From positions 5,726 to 69,725 of the forward strand of contig CANJNG010000003.1 of assembly GCA_947475205.1 (NCBI GenBank): DNA of 64,000 bases, written 5' to 3'. A model generated the notes under the pieces. It did not search any database and was not told the DNA's origin. It saw only the letters and a list, made by a program, of their open reading frames with translations. A program made the position numbers and the translations under genes. Source of the stretch: Bacteroidota bacterium (lineage in GTDB: Bacteria; Bacteroidota; Bacteroidia; JAIBAJ01). Position 1 is the first letter of the stretch, and each line of letters begins with the position of its first letter. Positions 18,102-28,399 of the stretch are shown one piece after another.

Positions 18102-19790
18102 GTGGATAAATTTACGAGTATGATTAAAGTTCTTATTCTCGAAGACAAAGAAACAGATTTAAAGTTAATCTTGGATGAACTAAAGCTGTTTAATGACCCT
18201 CATCAAATCAAGACAACTAAAACCAAATCAGGATTTGAAAAACTTCTTGTTGAATTTAAACCCAATGTTGTGTTGTCGGATTATAGCTTGCCCGACTATA
18301 ACGGCCTTCAAGCATTTAATTTTTGTAAAAGCCTAAACTACGAAGGAGTTTTCATTGTGCTTTCCGATACTTTGTTGGAAGAAACTTTGGTTGAGTTTCT
18401 CCAAGAAGGAATGGATGACTACATTCAGAAACCACACCTGAAAAGGCTTCCAGGAGCAATAAAAAATGCCTTAGAACGCATAGAGCTTCATCACTTAAAA
18501 GACAAACATATCATCAAATTAGAAGAACAGGACAAACTTTTAACCGACTTGTTCGACTCCTGCTTTGAAGCCACAATGATTACAAAAGAAGGCATTGTGC
18601 TTAACATAAATCCAACATTTACCAATTTGTTTGGTTTTACAAAAACCGATTTAATTGGAAAGTCGGTGTTCGCCTATTGCCATCCCGAATATTTAGAAAT
18701 AGCCAAGCACCACATGCTGAATAATTCTCGGGAACATTATCAATTGAAGTTTTATGACAAATCGAACCAGCTTGTTACTACCGAGGTTTTAGGAAGACCA
18801 ATAATGCTAGATGGAGAGGTTCACCGACTGACATCGTTTCGCGATTGCACAAAGATTGAAGCTATGGAAAGTGAATTGTCTGCAAAACAACAATCTTTAG
18901 TGAGGCAACAAAAGGTGCTTCTTGAGTTGGTGAGAGATAATCATGCTAATGTGGAAAATTCAATCCGAAAGATATTGAGTGCAGGTGGCATGTTACTAAA
19001 TGTAGAAAGGGTGAGTTTGTGGATGTATAACCCCGAACGCACTTGGATTCAATGCCGATTACTTTACAAACTATCCGAAAATAAATTTGATGCAGGGCCG
19101 GTAATTTTGAAAGAAGATAATCCTGTTTATTTCAATTTTATTGAAGAACATCGGTTTATTGCAGCCCACGATGCCCAAAAAGATGAGCGAACCATAGAGT
19201 TTACTGAAACCTATCTAAAAGCGAATAATATTTCCTCAATGCTCGACATTCCAATCTGGGTTCACGGACTCCACAAGGGTATAATTTGCTACGAACATAC
19301 TGGAAAAGTTAGGCAGTGGACAGACGATGAAATTAAATTGGCCGCAAACCTTGCCGATATCATGGCTGGGGCTTTGTGTGCCGAAGAGCAAGAAAGAACG
19401 CTCAAACGGTTATTAAAATCGGAAATCAGATTGTCGGAAAGCCAAAAGATTGCTGGAGTGGGTGATTGGGAATACGATATTGATTCTAAAACACTGATTT
19501 GCTCCCCCGAAACGTATCGTATTCACGAGCGTGAACCAAAAATTACCAGACTATCGCTTTACGAATATACCTTGCTTATTCATCCCGATGACCGAAATGC
19601 ATTTAATCAGGCCATCGACCGAATTGTCGAAACCCAAACTAATCAGCGTTTGGAATACCGCATTCTATTATTAGATGGCAAAACGAAATATGTTCATACA
19701 AACATAAAGGCTTTGAAGCAAAATGGAGAGATAAAACTATATGGCACTTTGCTGGATATGAAAGAAAAAGAAGTAGTGTTTCGAATGTGA
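18102..19790 (+). CDS. Receiver-PAS-GAF-PAS signalling protein with no output domain
   Basis: N-terminal REC ('VLILED', 'SDYSLPDYNG', 'QKP'), PAS, GAF ('ERVSLW', 'LDIPI..GIICYEH'), PAS ('GDWEYD', 'HPDD'), then a stop. Confidence 0.85.
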   Translation: MDKFTSMIKVLILEDKETDLKLILDELKLFNDPHQIKTTKTKSGFEKLLVEFKPNVVLSDYSLPDYNGLQAFNFCKSLNYEGVFIVLSDTLLEETLVEFLQEGMDDYIQKPHLKRLPGAIKNALERIELHHLKDKHIIKLEEQDKLLTDLFDSCFEATMITKEGIVLNINPTFTNLFGFTKTDLIGKSVFAYCHPEYLEIAKHHMLNNSREHYQLKFYDKSNQLVTTEVLGRPIMLDGEVHRLTSFRDCTKIEAMESELSAKQQSLVRQQKVLLELVRDNHANVENSIRKILSAGGMLLNVERVSLWMYNPERTWIQCRLLYKLSENKFDAGPVILKEDNPVYFNFIEEHRFIAAHDAQKDERTIEFTETYLKANNISSMLDIPIWVHGLHKGIICYEHTGKVRQWTDDEIKLAANLADIMAGALCAEEQERTLKRLLKSEIRLSESQKIAGVGDWEYDIDSKTLICSPETYRIHEREPKITRLSLYEYTLLIHPDDRNAFNQAIDRIVETQTNQRLEYRILLLDGKTKYVHTNIKALKQNGEIKLYGTLLDMKEKEVVFRM

Positions 19791-19806
19791 TTCATTTTGA
19801 TGCTAT

Positions 19807-20025
19807 TCACTTCCGAATCGCTTCCCGAATCAGCATATAAAACGCCAGACCAGTGGCCACTATTGCCGCCACTATGGTTATGTATGGGTTTTGAAACCGA
19901 AAATATCCATCAGCATAATGTCCACCCAGCGTAAACAGAACAATAATGCCAATCATCCGAAAGGTTAAACCCGACCAGCGAGAATACTCATTTAAGGGCT
20001 TTTGAGGGGGTTGATTTTGTGGCAT
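19807..20025 (-). CDS. AtpZ/AtpI family (ATPase gene1) membrane protein
   Basis: 72 aa, 'YSRWSGLTFRM...GGHYAD', two TM helices. Confidence 0.75.
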   Translation of the reverse strand: MPQNQPPQKPLNEYSRWSGLTFRMIGIIVLFTLGGHYADGYFRFQNPYITIVAAIVATGLAFYMLIREAIRK

Positions 20026-20032
20026 AATTCAG

Positions 20033-21175
20033 CTAAGTGGGTCTTTTTCCATAAAATCTCTTCTTTAGTTTCAAAAAGGGCATTTCAAAAAACTTAAAGC
20101 TCAATGCTGCAACAGGAATAATCAGCATAGAAGCAAAGATAGGCTTTAATGCTAACTCCCATATCAAAGTATCTTTTCCTCCAAACAGTTCCATCACTCG
20201 GTAGGCAATCATTAAGCCAATCTCGTGAAAGCAAAACAACCCGTAACTGATTAGACCGAGGTAGTTAATGACTTTAAATTTACCGAACTTCAAAAATGAA
20301 TTGGTGCAGAAGTTCTGTTCAAAAATGAAAAAGCCAAGCAAGGAAGCAAAAGTTAATCGTTCAAGAACTAAATTTAACCAAGCAGGAAGAAGTTCGTTTT
20401 CAAATACAGGTTTATAGCGTAGAATTAAGAGCAGGAAAATAGCATAAACTGACAGAATAGCCACTTTCGGCAAAGAAGAAAGCAGCTGAAATGATTTTCC
20501 CTTTGGTTGAAAAGAAATGAAGGCAAACAAGGCTCCAATTCCTATATCACCACACAAAAAAAGACTGTGAAAAAACACATTTAGTTTGTCGAAATAAATA
20601 GCCATAAAAGCTATAAACACAACGAGTAAAAGCGAAATTAGCCACAATCTTTGCCGATGAAAAAGCAATAAAAGCCAAGGCCAAAGCAGATAAAACTGTT
20701 CCTCAACACTCACACTCCACAGCACAGAAAGAGCTGGCAGGTAAGGGAAACCGTGTTCAATCATATAGAAATTTCCAACAAAAACAAGGAAAGGCCAAGC
20801 GGGTGTGTCAATAGCGAACGGTTCGTTTGCCGCCATCTTTATTAGTGGGAAAAATACAAAGCATACGAATATCATTAAAAAGTAGAGCGGCCAGATTCTT
20901 AATGCACGGCGGATATAAAATTGCAGTGGATGATACTTCCCTGAGCTTTCTCTTTCCTCTAAAATCACCCAGGTGTTTATATAGCTCGAAAGCACAAAGG
21001 CGAAGCTGAATCCGGTTTTTCCCAATATGTAAACATAGTTTTTGAGGACAGCATAGAGGTCGGAATTCTTAACAATTACACTTTCAGTATCTAAAGCATG
21101 TCCCCAGAAAATGAACAGGAACGAGATAAATCGTAACGCATCCAAATTGGAAAAATACATTTCTTTTCGTGGCAT
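20033..21175 (-). CDS. OafA/Acyl_transf_3 membrane O-acyltransferase
   Basis: 'LDALRF', 'FYIRRALRIWPLYF', 'LWSVSVEEQFYLLWP', 'LGLISYGL'. Confidence 0.9.
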   Translation of the reverse strand: MPRKEMYFSNLDALRFISFLFIFWGHALDTESVIVKNSDLYAVLKNYVYILGKTGFSFAFVLSSYINTWVILEERESSGKYHPLQFYIRRALRIWPLYFLMIFVCFVFFPLIKMAANEPFAIDTPAWPFLVFVGNFYMIEHGFPYLPALSVLWSVSVEEQFYLLWPWLLLLFHRQRLWLISLLLVVFIAFMAIYFDKLNVFFHSLFLCGDIGIGALFAFISFQPKGKSFQLLSSLPKVAILSVYAIFLLLILRYKPVFENELLPAWLNLVLERLTFASLLGFFIFEQNFCTNSFLKFGKFKVINYLGLISYGLFCFHEIGLMIAYRVMELFGGKDTLIWELALKPIFASMLIIPVAALSFKFFEMPFLKLKKRFYGKRPT

Positions 21176-21551
21176 TCTTTAATTTTACCGTTAATGATTT
21201 GGGAACACAAATGACGCTATTTGATCGAATAATCACAAATTTTGAATGCCTTGAAACCCCGATACATTATAATTATTTACCCTATTTAGCTTGATTGGTG
21301 TCATTTTTTGTTGGTAATTTTTTTGTTGAAACCAAGCGGGCGTTGCCGTTGCGTTCTAAAATATTGTTGCTATTTTAATTCAGAAATAAACCCGTTTTAT
21401 CACTTTTTTCTACCGATTCAAAGGTAATTGTATATAGTTGAAATGAATAGTGGAAAATAAATTAGAAATTCATTTGGAAGTTAAAGAAATTCGACTACTT
21501 TCGCATACCCAAAAAATCAACCTTAATTAATTAACAAAAAATTTAAAATCA

Positions 21552-21848
21552 ATGACAAAAGCAGAAATTGTAACCAAAATTACTGAAAAAACCGGTGTTG
21601 AAAAAGCAGCAGCTTCAGCCGCAGTAGAAGAGTTTATGAAAATCGTAAAAACGGCTATCACCGATGGCGATAACGTTTATTTACGTGGATTTGGTAGCTT
21701 CATCGTGAAAAAACGTGCTGCTAAAACAGGCCGTATCATCACCAAGAATCAATCAATTTTGATTCCTGAACACTACATTCCAGCTTTCCGTCCGGCTAAA
21801 TCTTTTACTGATAAAGTAAAGAAGTCGCACGAGAAAAAGAAAAAGTAA
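21552..21848 (+). CDS. HU/IHF family DNA-binding protein
   Basis: 'MTKAEIV...VYLRGFGSF...GRII...PAFRP'. Confidence 0.95.
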   Translation: MTKAEIVTKITEKTGVEKAAASAAVEEFMKIVKTAITDGDNVYLRGFGSFIVKKRAAKTGRIITKNQSILIPEHYIPAFRPAKSFTDKVKKSHEKKKK

Positions 21849-21863
21849 GCGAAGCTTAATTTT

Positions 21864-22697
21864 TTGATGAAACTGAACGGAAAGCAAATTGCGGCTATCG
21901 TATTCTGTATGATAGCTGCAATTTCCGTTTATTTTCTGCCTAAAAAAGCTCCTGCAGGCATTGCGAAAGCAATGCCAACGGCCAAAGCCGCCGACACCAC
22001 TTTCTCATTCGACGAATTTAAAATCGAAGCTAAAAATGCCCTCGACAGTGCATCGTTAGCTATGATTAATAAATGGGAAACTGCGGCTGATACAGGTTCT
22101 TTGCGGAATCTGTCAGGCTTTTGGGCATCCATAAATAACGCCGGACTTTCGGCTTATTACACTGAAAAGCTTTCAGGACTTGCCTCGAGTTCTGAAAACT
22201 GGTATAACGCCTCGTATCGCTACTTAGTAGCATCACGGGCGTCTCAAAAAGACGGCGAAAAGATTTTCTTTACCCGCAAAGCCATTGAAGGCTTTACGAA
22301 AGTAATGAGTATCGACCCGGCTAATTTGGAAGCGAAAGCCAATTTAGGCGTATGTTATGTAGAAGGTTCGCAAGTGCTCGGCACTGCACCAATGAAAGGT
22401 GTTGGGTTGCTTAAAGAAGTAATTGAAAAAGACCCTAAGAATATCACCGCACTGATAAACTTAGGCTATTTTGCCATTCAGAGCGGGCAATATGATAAAG
22501 CAATTGAGCGTTTTAATCAGGTATTGATTATCAAACCTGAATATTTGGACGCTTATATTTATTTAGCAGACACATACCAGCGGATGGGAAAGAAAGATGA
22601 AGCAATAAAAGTGCTGGAAACATTGAAATCGAAAAACAAAAACCCCGAAGTAGAAGCCAATGTAAATGAGTTTATTCGGGAATTGAAAGCGTCTTAG
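21864..22697 (+). CDS. Tetratricopeptide repeat protein with N-terminal membrane anchor
   Basis: TPR-like repeats 'ALINLGYFAIQSGQYDKAIERF' and 'AYIYLADTYQRMG'. Confidence 0.85.
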   Translation: MMKLNGKQIAAIVFCMIAAISVYFLPKKAPAGIAKAMPTAKAADTTFSFDEFKIEAKNALDSASLAMINKWETAADTGSLRNLSGFWASINNAGLSAYYTEKLSGLASSSENWYNASYRYLVASRASQKDGEKIFFTRKAIEGFTKVMSIDPANLEAKANLGVCYVEGSQVLGTAPMKGVGLLKEVIEKDPKNITALINLGYFAIQSGQYDKAIERFNQVLIIKPEYLDAYIYLADTYQRMGKKDEAIKVLETLKSKNKNPEVEANVNEFIRELKAS

Positions 22698-22742
22698 TAG
22701 AATTGTATTAAAATAATTGTTTAACTTAAAAACCAAGAAAAA

Positions 22743-22832
22743 ATGCCAAGCGGAAAAAAACGTAAGCGTCACAAAATTTCTACCCACAAACGTAAAAAAC
22801 GTTTAAGGAAGAATCGTCATAAAAAGAAATAG
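22743..22832 (+). CDS. Small ribosomal protein bS22 (AURKAIP1/COX24 family), 29 aa; not in the ORF track
   Basis: ATG at 22743 to TAG at 22830-32 reads MPSGKKRKRHKISTHKRKKRLRKNRHKKK. Confidence 0.9.
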   Translation: MPSGKKRKRHKISTHKRKKRLRKNRHKKK

Positions 22833-23043
22833 GCTTTTGCCCTAACGAAAGTTAGTGTAGATTTATGCTGTTAAATGCCCTTAATTAACGGGTTTGCAGC
22901 GAAATTCTATTACATCAGTTTCAAACAGCGAAGGATGCATTATATATGTGTCCTTTGCTTGTTTTGCTGTATGCCTATATTTTCATGCTTTATTGGTGTG
23001 AGTTTGCCATTTGGCGGATTTTTCTGAACAGAAAAATTACAGA

Positions 23044-24594
23044 ATGAATTACGAATTAGTTATTGATGCTTCGAAAAGTACCGAAGTGGTCATTGCTTTG
23101 CTTCGCGATAAACAGCTTATTGAGTTGCATCGTGAAAAGAACAACAAAGATTTTGCGGTAGGTGATATCTATTTAGGCAAGATTAAGAAGATTATGCCCA
23201 GCCTCAATGCTGTGTTCGTTGATGTGGGCTACGAGCGTGATGCCTTTTTGCATTATCTCGATTTGGGCCCGCAGGTGCAAAGCCTGGTTAAGTTCATGAA
23301 ACTTACTCAGCAAAACAAAATAAATCATTCCTCTTTACAGCACTTCAAATTAGAACCTGAGATTATTAAGACAGGGAAAATTACGCAGGTAATTAATAAT
23401 TTGGCGATGCTTCCCGTGCAGATTGCCAAAGAACCCATTTCTAATAAAGGCCCCCGAATTTCTACTGAATTATCTTTAGCCGGGCGGTATGTGGTGCTTG
23501 TGCCATTTAGTGACCGTGTTTCGGTTTCGCAAAAGATAAAAACCAACGAAGAACGGGACAGACTGCGTAAAATGACTCAGGAAGTAAAACCGAAAGGCTT
23601 TGGAGTGATTGTGCGTACCGTGGCCGAAGGAAAAACCGGAACCGAGATTGAAACCGATTTGAAAGAATTGGTAGCTCGCTGGGAAAAAATGTTTCAGGAG
23701 ATTAAAACAGCTACCCCTCCTACCCTGCTGGTTGGCGAAATAAATAAGAAGCTGACCATTCTGAGAGATGTTTTGAATGATACTTTCCAAGCCATTCATG
23801 TAAATAGTCCAGAAATAGCAGAGGAAATTGAAACGTATCTAAAAGAGAAATCAACCGGACTAGAAGGAATTGTAAAGCTATATAAAGGCAAGAGTCCCAT
23901 CTTCGATCAGTTTGGTATCGATCGTCAGATTAAAGCAGCATTCGGCAAGACTGTTACTTTCAAAAGTGGCGGCTACCTGATATTGGAGCATACCGAAGCC
24001 ATGCACGTTATTGATGTAAATAGCGGCAACCGGTCTACGGAATCCACTCAGGAAGGGAATGCCTTAGAAACAAATCTTGAGGCAGCCCGTGAAATTGCCC
24101 GCCAGCTTCGGTTGCGAGATATGGGTGGAATCATTGTGGTGGATTTCATTGATATGCACAATCCTGAACACAAAAACCAACTGTTTCAGGTGCTAAAGGA
24201 TGAAATGAAGCACGACAAAGCCAAACACAACATTTTACCTCCAAGCAAGTTTGGCCTTATGCAAATTACCCGCCAAAGGGTGCGTCCGGAAACGAATATT
24301 AAAGTGTTGGAAAAATGTCCAACCTGCAATGGCAGCGGTGAAATAGGCCCTTCGATATTGGTAACCGATGAAATAGAGAACAATCTGCGTTTTATTCTGA
24401 AAGAACAAAATGAGAAAAAGGTTTCGTTAGCCGTTCATCCTTTTGTAGCCGCATATTTAAAGGAAGGCTTCCCTTCTGTTCGCTTCAACTGGTGGCGTAA
24501 GTATGGCAAATGGGTGAAAGTGGAAGGGGTTTCTTCACTTAATTTTTTAGAGTATCAGTTTTATAATGGCGATGGAGAGGAAATAGCGATATAG
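23044..24594 (+). CDS. rng: Rne/Rng family ribonuclease (RNase G/E catalytic domain)
   Basis: S1 'GDIYLGK', 'AFLHY', 'VIDVNSG', 'DFIDM', Zn-link 'CPTCNGSG'. Start set at ATG 23044; the ORF track extends to TTG 23011. Confidence 0.92.
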   Translation: MNYELVIDASKSTEVVIALLRDKQLIELHREKNNKDFAVGDIYLGKIKKIMPSLNAVFVDVGYERDAFLHYLDLGPQVQSLVKFMKLTQQNKINHSSLQHFKLEPEIIKTGKITQVINNLAMLPVQIAKEPISNKGPRISTELSLAGRYVVLVPFSDRVSVSQKIKTNEERDRLRKMTQEVKPKGFGVIVRTVAEGKTGTEIETDLKELVARWEKMFQEIKTATPPTLLVGEINKKLTILRDVLNDTFQAIHVNSPEIAEEIETYLKEKSTGLEGIVKLYKGKSPIFDQFGIDRQIKAAFGKTVTFKSGGYLILEHTEAMHVIDVNSGNRSTESTQEGNALETNLEAAREIARQLRLRDMGGIIVVDFIDMHNPEHKNQLFQVLKDEMKHDKAKHNILPPSKFGLMQITRQRVRPETNIKVLEKCPTCNGSGEIGPSILVTDEIENNLRFILKEQNEKKVSLAVHPFVAAYLKEGFPSVRFNWWRKYGKWVKVEGVSSLNFLEYQFYNGDGEEIAI

Positions 24595-24807
24595 GGGGGA
24601 ATTATTTGTTGAATATTGTTCATTAAACCCTAATCAAAAGCCTTTTTTCCTCTAACTCCATAAGTAAGGCGAGGCAAATAAGTCGAACGATAACATTAGA
24701 GTTTTCGCTTAGGCCATTTAGATGATGTGTTTTCAAATTTGACCAAATTGCTGAGAGTTTATTAAGCGAATCTGAATATCCGAAACCGCCTCACATTTAA
24801 AACCGTC

Positions 24808-25839
24808 CTATAATTCTTCGCGGAAGAACAACTTGTAATAGTGTCTTCCGGTTTCTTCATCGAAGCCACGCTCAATCATTTCTTTATTTCCATGTACATA
24901 AACGTGAAAATTCTTGTCGAGCTTAATAACGCTTTTTACAAATTTTCCCTGCTTCTTGATGGTTGGTGCTGAAATCTCAAATTCCTCGGGAATTCGGTAG
25001 TCGGAGGCTATGGCTTGCTGTTCCACATAGCCTTTAAACGCATTAATTACTTCGGGCTGATTAATCACCTGCTGTTGAAATTCATCCATCTTAAAGGTTT
25101 CATTACCTTTCAGATAATTAATTGACCGTTGAATTAAGTCGGCTTGGTCCACTTTGCTTACTTCAAAGTTCTTAACCACTTCGTCCTGCACAAAATCTTT
25201 ATATACTTCCATTAATTGCTTTGTTTGAAAGTGCTTGTCTTGCTTGGGTTCAAGACCGAGGAAGCGTTCCTTCCAAAAATATCCTTCATCGCCACGCGAA
25301 GCCGAATCAATAGCGAAACTACGAAGCCCTTGTTCGTCTTCGAGGTTCAGCACTAAGAATGCACGGTCGAGTTTTGTGTTGCGGCTTCCGACTCTAAGGG
25401 AAAAGTTGCCTTCGTTTTCAACAATATCTGTAAAAAGAAAGTTTTCCTTTTGGTCTAATCTCACCACACATATTGCATCACAAATAGTGCTTTCATACAC
25501 TAATCCCCTAACAAAAGCAATGAGCGATTCGCCACGCGTAATCTTAGGATGTTCTCCGGCTTCATACATCAAGTCGGTAATTTCCTTAGAGGCTTCATGC
25601 AAGTCGAGCGTTCCGGCAAACACCTGTTCGATAAGTGGTTTTACTAAAGATTCTTTGGAAAAGCGAAATTCTTCAAACTGACGTGAAAAGGGAGCCATTA
25701 AAAAGTCGGCTAACCCTTTTTCGGTTACTTCATTTAGTTCTAAAGGAGAGTTAGAGAAGGTTGCTCCTTCGTTGTGATTGCGGTTTCCGGCAAGGTGCAG
25801 GCTGGCGTGAATTACTGAGGAATTGCCATAGTTAAGCAT
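24808..25839 (-). CDS. Nucleoid-associated protein (YejK/NdpA-like)
   Basis: 'LHLAGNR', 'KLDRAFLVLN', 'FWKERFLGL', 'IKLDKNFHVYVHG'. Confidence 0.8.
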   Translation of the reverse strand: MLNYGNSSVIHASLHLAGNRNHNEGATFSNSPLELNEVTEKGLADFLMAPFSRQFEEFRFSKESLVKPLIEQVFAGTLDLHEASKEITDLMYEAGEHPKITRGESLIAFVRGLVYESTICDAICVVRLDQKENFLFTDIVENEGNFSLRVGSRNTKLDRAFLVLNLEDEQGLRSFAIDSASRGDEGYFWKERFLGLEPKQDKHFQTKQLMEVYKDFVQDEVVKNFEVSKVDQADLIQRSINYLKGNETFKMDEFQQQVINQPEVINAFKGYVEQQAIASDYRIPEEFEISAPTIKKQGKFVKSVIKLDKNFHVYVHGNKEMIERGFDEETGRHYYKLFFREEL

Positions 25840-25880
25840 AGGTAAATATATTTGTTTGAAATTAATATTGGAGAAATGGG

Positions 25881-26369
25881 CTACTTTTTCGGAAGGTCGG
25901 AGAAAGTGCCGTTGGTAATGTCTTTGGTTTCGCCCGAAGCGGTGTCTTTTACAGAAACTTTGAAAGAACCGGCAAGTTTATCGTTATCTGTGGAGGAAAT
26001 GGTTATTGTTCCGCTTTCGCCTTGCCAGTTTTTGGTGGAAGAACCATCAGTTACAAAATATTGAAAGGTTGCTGATGGACTTGAAGAACTTCGTGGCTTT
26101 ATGCTGTATGTTCCGGTTGTTGTTCCCCAAACATCAATCTCCACATTCTTGTAATTATTCCCATCTAGAGTTTGCCAGTAAATGCGGATTCGGTTTGCCG
26201 AAATAGTTCGCCACGAGGCCGGTTGGGTTACCGGAACATCGCCAACTTTAAAGCAAAGACTTTCCGAATCGCAATCAATGTCGCTAATATTCGGGTCGTT
26301 TTTGTTGCAAGATAAACTTAAAGCAACTACGAGAAGAAGGAATATTGAAACCCGGTTCATTTTGGGCAA
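25881..26369 (-). CDS. Hypothetical lipoprotein
   Basis: Lipobox 'LSLSC' after a hydrophobic signal; beta-rich C-terminus 'GTITIS...LAGSF...ITNGTF'. Confidence 0.75.
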   Translation of the reverse strand: MPKMNRVSIFLLLVVALSLSCNKNDPNISDIDCDSESLCFKVGDVPVTQPASWRTISANRIRIYWQTLDGNNYKNVEIDVWGTTTGTYSIKPRSSSSPSATFQYFVTDGSSTKNWQGESGTITISSTDNDKLAGSFKVSVKDTASGETKDITNGTFSDLPKK

Positions 26370-26405
26370 AAGTAGTATTTCTAAACATGATAAGAAAGAG
26401 ATACT

Positions 26406-27074
26406 TTATTCCCACTTATACACAATCCCGTCCAATTCAAGGCCAGCAAATAGATGTGGGTAAAATTGCTTTAGTTCAAAAATGAACAAATCGCGGGGTA
26501 AATCGGTGAAACTCCCATGGTCTTTCACATATTCCATAAACAGGTTTCCGTTGGCATCGTATTGCTGAAAAATTGCATCATCGACGCCATTGAATTCGGT
26601 AGCCGGAACCCCAAACCGTTCACATAATTGAATATTAAAGGCCGGACTTGCCTTCACCCATTTGCCATTAAGCCACAGTTCGGCATATCCATGAAATACA
26701 AACACATCGGAACGCAAAATTTTAACTAACTTATCTGTGCTAAGATGGTTTTTTACGTTAGCAAATCCCAGCCGGGACGGGATACCCGCTGCACGGGCAC
26801 AAGCAGCTAGAAGATTTGCTTTTTCTACACAATAGCCATAGCCGTTTTTGAGAAGTACGCTGGCTTTAAGCATATCGGCTTTCAAATCTACATGATAGGG
26901 ATCGTATTTAAACTCATCACGCACCGCATAAAATAGTGCGATGGCTTTTTCGGTATCGCTTACTTTTCCTTGGGTATGAAGCTTGGCAAATGCAATTACT
27001 TCGGGATTATCGGAATCAATAAAAAAAGTTGGTTTCAGATATTCTTCTCCAGGCGAAGTGATAGTTTCGGACAT
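26406..27074 (-). CDS. Transglutaminase-like cysteine protein
   Basis: 'GYCVEKANLLAACARAAGIPSRLG', 'HGYAE..LNGKW'. Confidence 0.88.
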   Translation of the reverse strand: MSETITSPGEEYLKPTFFIDSDNPEVIAFAKLHTQGKVSDTEKAIALFYAVRDEFKYDPYHVDLKADMLKASVLLKNGYGYCVEKANLLAACARAAGIPSRLGFANVKNHLSTDKLVKILRSDVFVFHGYAELWLNGKWVKASPAFNIQLCERFGVPATEFNGVDDAIFQQYDANGNLFMEYVKDHGSFTDLPRDLFIFELKQFYPHLFAGLELDGIVYKWE

Positions 27075-27142
27075 AAATTAAATTGAGGGCGAAGTTATAG
27101 AAAAGCCCCCTCTGGAATCAGCGATAATTTGGAGGTTATATC

Positions 27143-27682
27143 TTAACGGCATCCCGAATTTCCAAGAATAATCTTAGCCTCCTCGTTGCCCATTTTCTTT
27201 GATTTCTTCCAATCATCGCAAGCACCTTTATCGTCGCCCAATCCCTTTTTAGCCCAGCCACGGTTGTTGTAAGCTTCTTGGTTTTCTGGTTCCAACTCAA
27301 TGGCTTTATTAAAATCAACCAAGGCATCATTAAACTTATTGAGTTTATTTAATGAACCGCCACGACTTATATGAGCCCAAACAAAATCGGGACGAATCTC
27401 TAAAACCCGAGTGTAATCAGCAATGGCCTTTTCATATTCCTTTTCGGCAGCATAACAAAATCCCCGTTGAAAATGGGCATTTGGATGGTCTTCTTTTATA
27501 GCAATGGCTTTGGTGTAATATTCGATAGCCTGTTTTTTATCACCGTTCTTTCGGCGGATTTCGCCTTCTTTAAATAAATCGTCAGCTGATTGGGCATTGG
27601 CGAATAAGCCAAAAGTTAAGAATAAACCTAAAAGGAAATTTTTCATGGAGATATTATTGAATTCGAGGCATTGCAACGGCAA
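27143..27682 (-). CDS. Secreted tetratricopeptide repeat protein
   Basis: Signal peptide plus four TPRs ('AHFQRG', 'AIADYT', 'AYNNRG', 'ACDDWKK'). Start may be the internal ATG of 'MKNFLL'. Confidence 0.85.
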   Translation of the reverse strand: MPLQCLEFNNISMKNFLLGLFLTFGLFANAQSADDLFKEGEIRRKNGDKKQAIEYYTKAIAIKEDHPNAHFQRGFCYAAEKEYEKAIADYTRVLEIRPDFVWAHISRGGSLNKLNKFNDALVDFNKAIELEPENQEAYNNRGWAKKGLGDDKGACDDWKKSKKMGNEEAKIILGNSGCR

Positions 27683-27699
27683 AACGCTACGAAGGTTAT

Positions 27700-28362
27700 T
27701 TATTCCACTGCCGTAAAAGCATACTGCACCAGATTCGCTCCCATCTTCAGGGCTTTCTCGCGGGCTTCGGGGCTGTCGTGATGGATGTCGGGGTCTTCCC
27801 AGCCATCACCAAGGTCACACTCGAAACTATAAAAACATACCAATCGGCCTTCGTAGATTATTCCATAACCTTGTGGTGGTTTATTGTCGTGTTCGTGAAT
27901 TTTGGGTAAACCTGTTTTGAAATCAAATTTCTGATGATAAATAGGATGCGAATAGGGTAGCTCCACAAATTCCAACTCTGGGAAGACCCGCTTCATTTGC
28001 GGACGAACAAATTTATCCATTCCGTAATTATCATCAATATGCAGAAAGCCGCCACCAATAAGATATTTCCGAATATTCTCTCCTTCCTTATCAGAAAATA
28101 CGATATTTCCATGTCCTGTAATGTGTACAAACGGATAATTGAACAATTCAGGACTTCCGGCTTCCACGATGGCTTGTGCAGGGTCAATGTTTGTGCCGAG
28201 GTTTTTATTGCAGAATCCTATCAGATTGGGCAAAGACGTTTGTAAATTAGCATACCAGTCACCTCCACCGTTATACTTCATCAAAGCAATTTTAACCGAA
28301 GACGGTGCAGGAGAAAAGGAAGAAAGCAGAATTAAGGCGGGAAGGAAAAGAAGTGATTTCAT
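27700..28362 (-). CDS. DUF4159 family protein
   Basis: 'GGGDWYAN', 'YPFVHITGHG', 'GGGFLHIDDNYG', 'DLGDGWED'. Confidence 0.85.
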   Translation of the reverse strand: MKSLLFLPALILLSSFSPAPSSVKIALMKYNGGGDWYANLQTSLPNLIGFCNKNLGTNIDPAQAIVEAGSPELFNYPFVHITGHGNIVFSDKEGENIRKYLIGGGFLHIDDNYGMDKFVRPQMKRVFPELEFVELPYSHPIYHQKFDFKTGLPKIHEHDNKPPQGYGIIYEGRLVCFYSFECDLGDGWEDPDIHHDSPEAREKALKMGANLVQYAFTAVE

Positions 28363-28399
28363 CTGAAAAAAGAATCTTTAACCCTTATGGACACGAACA

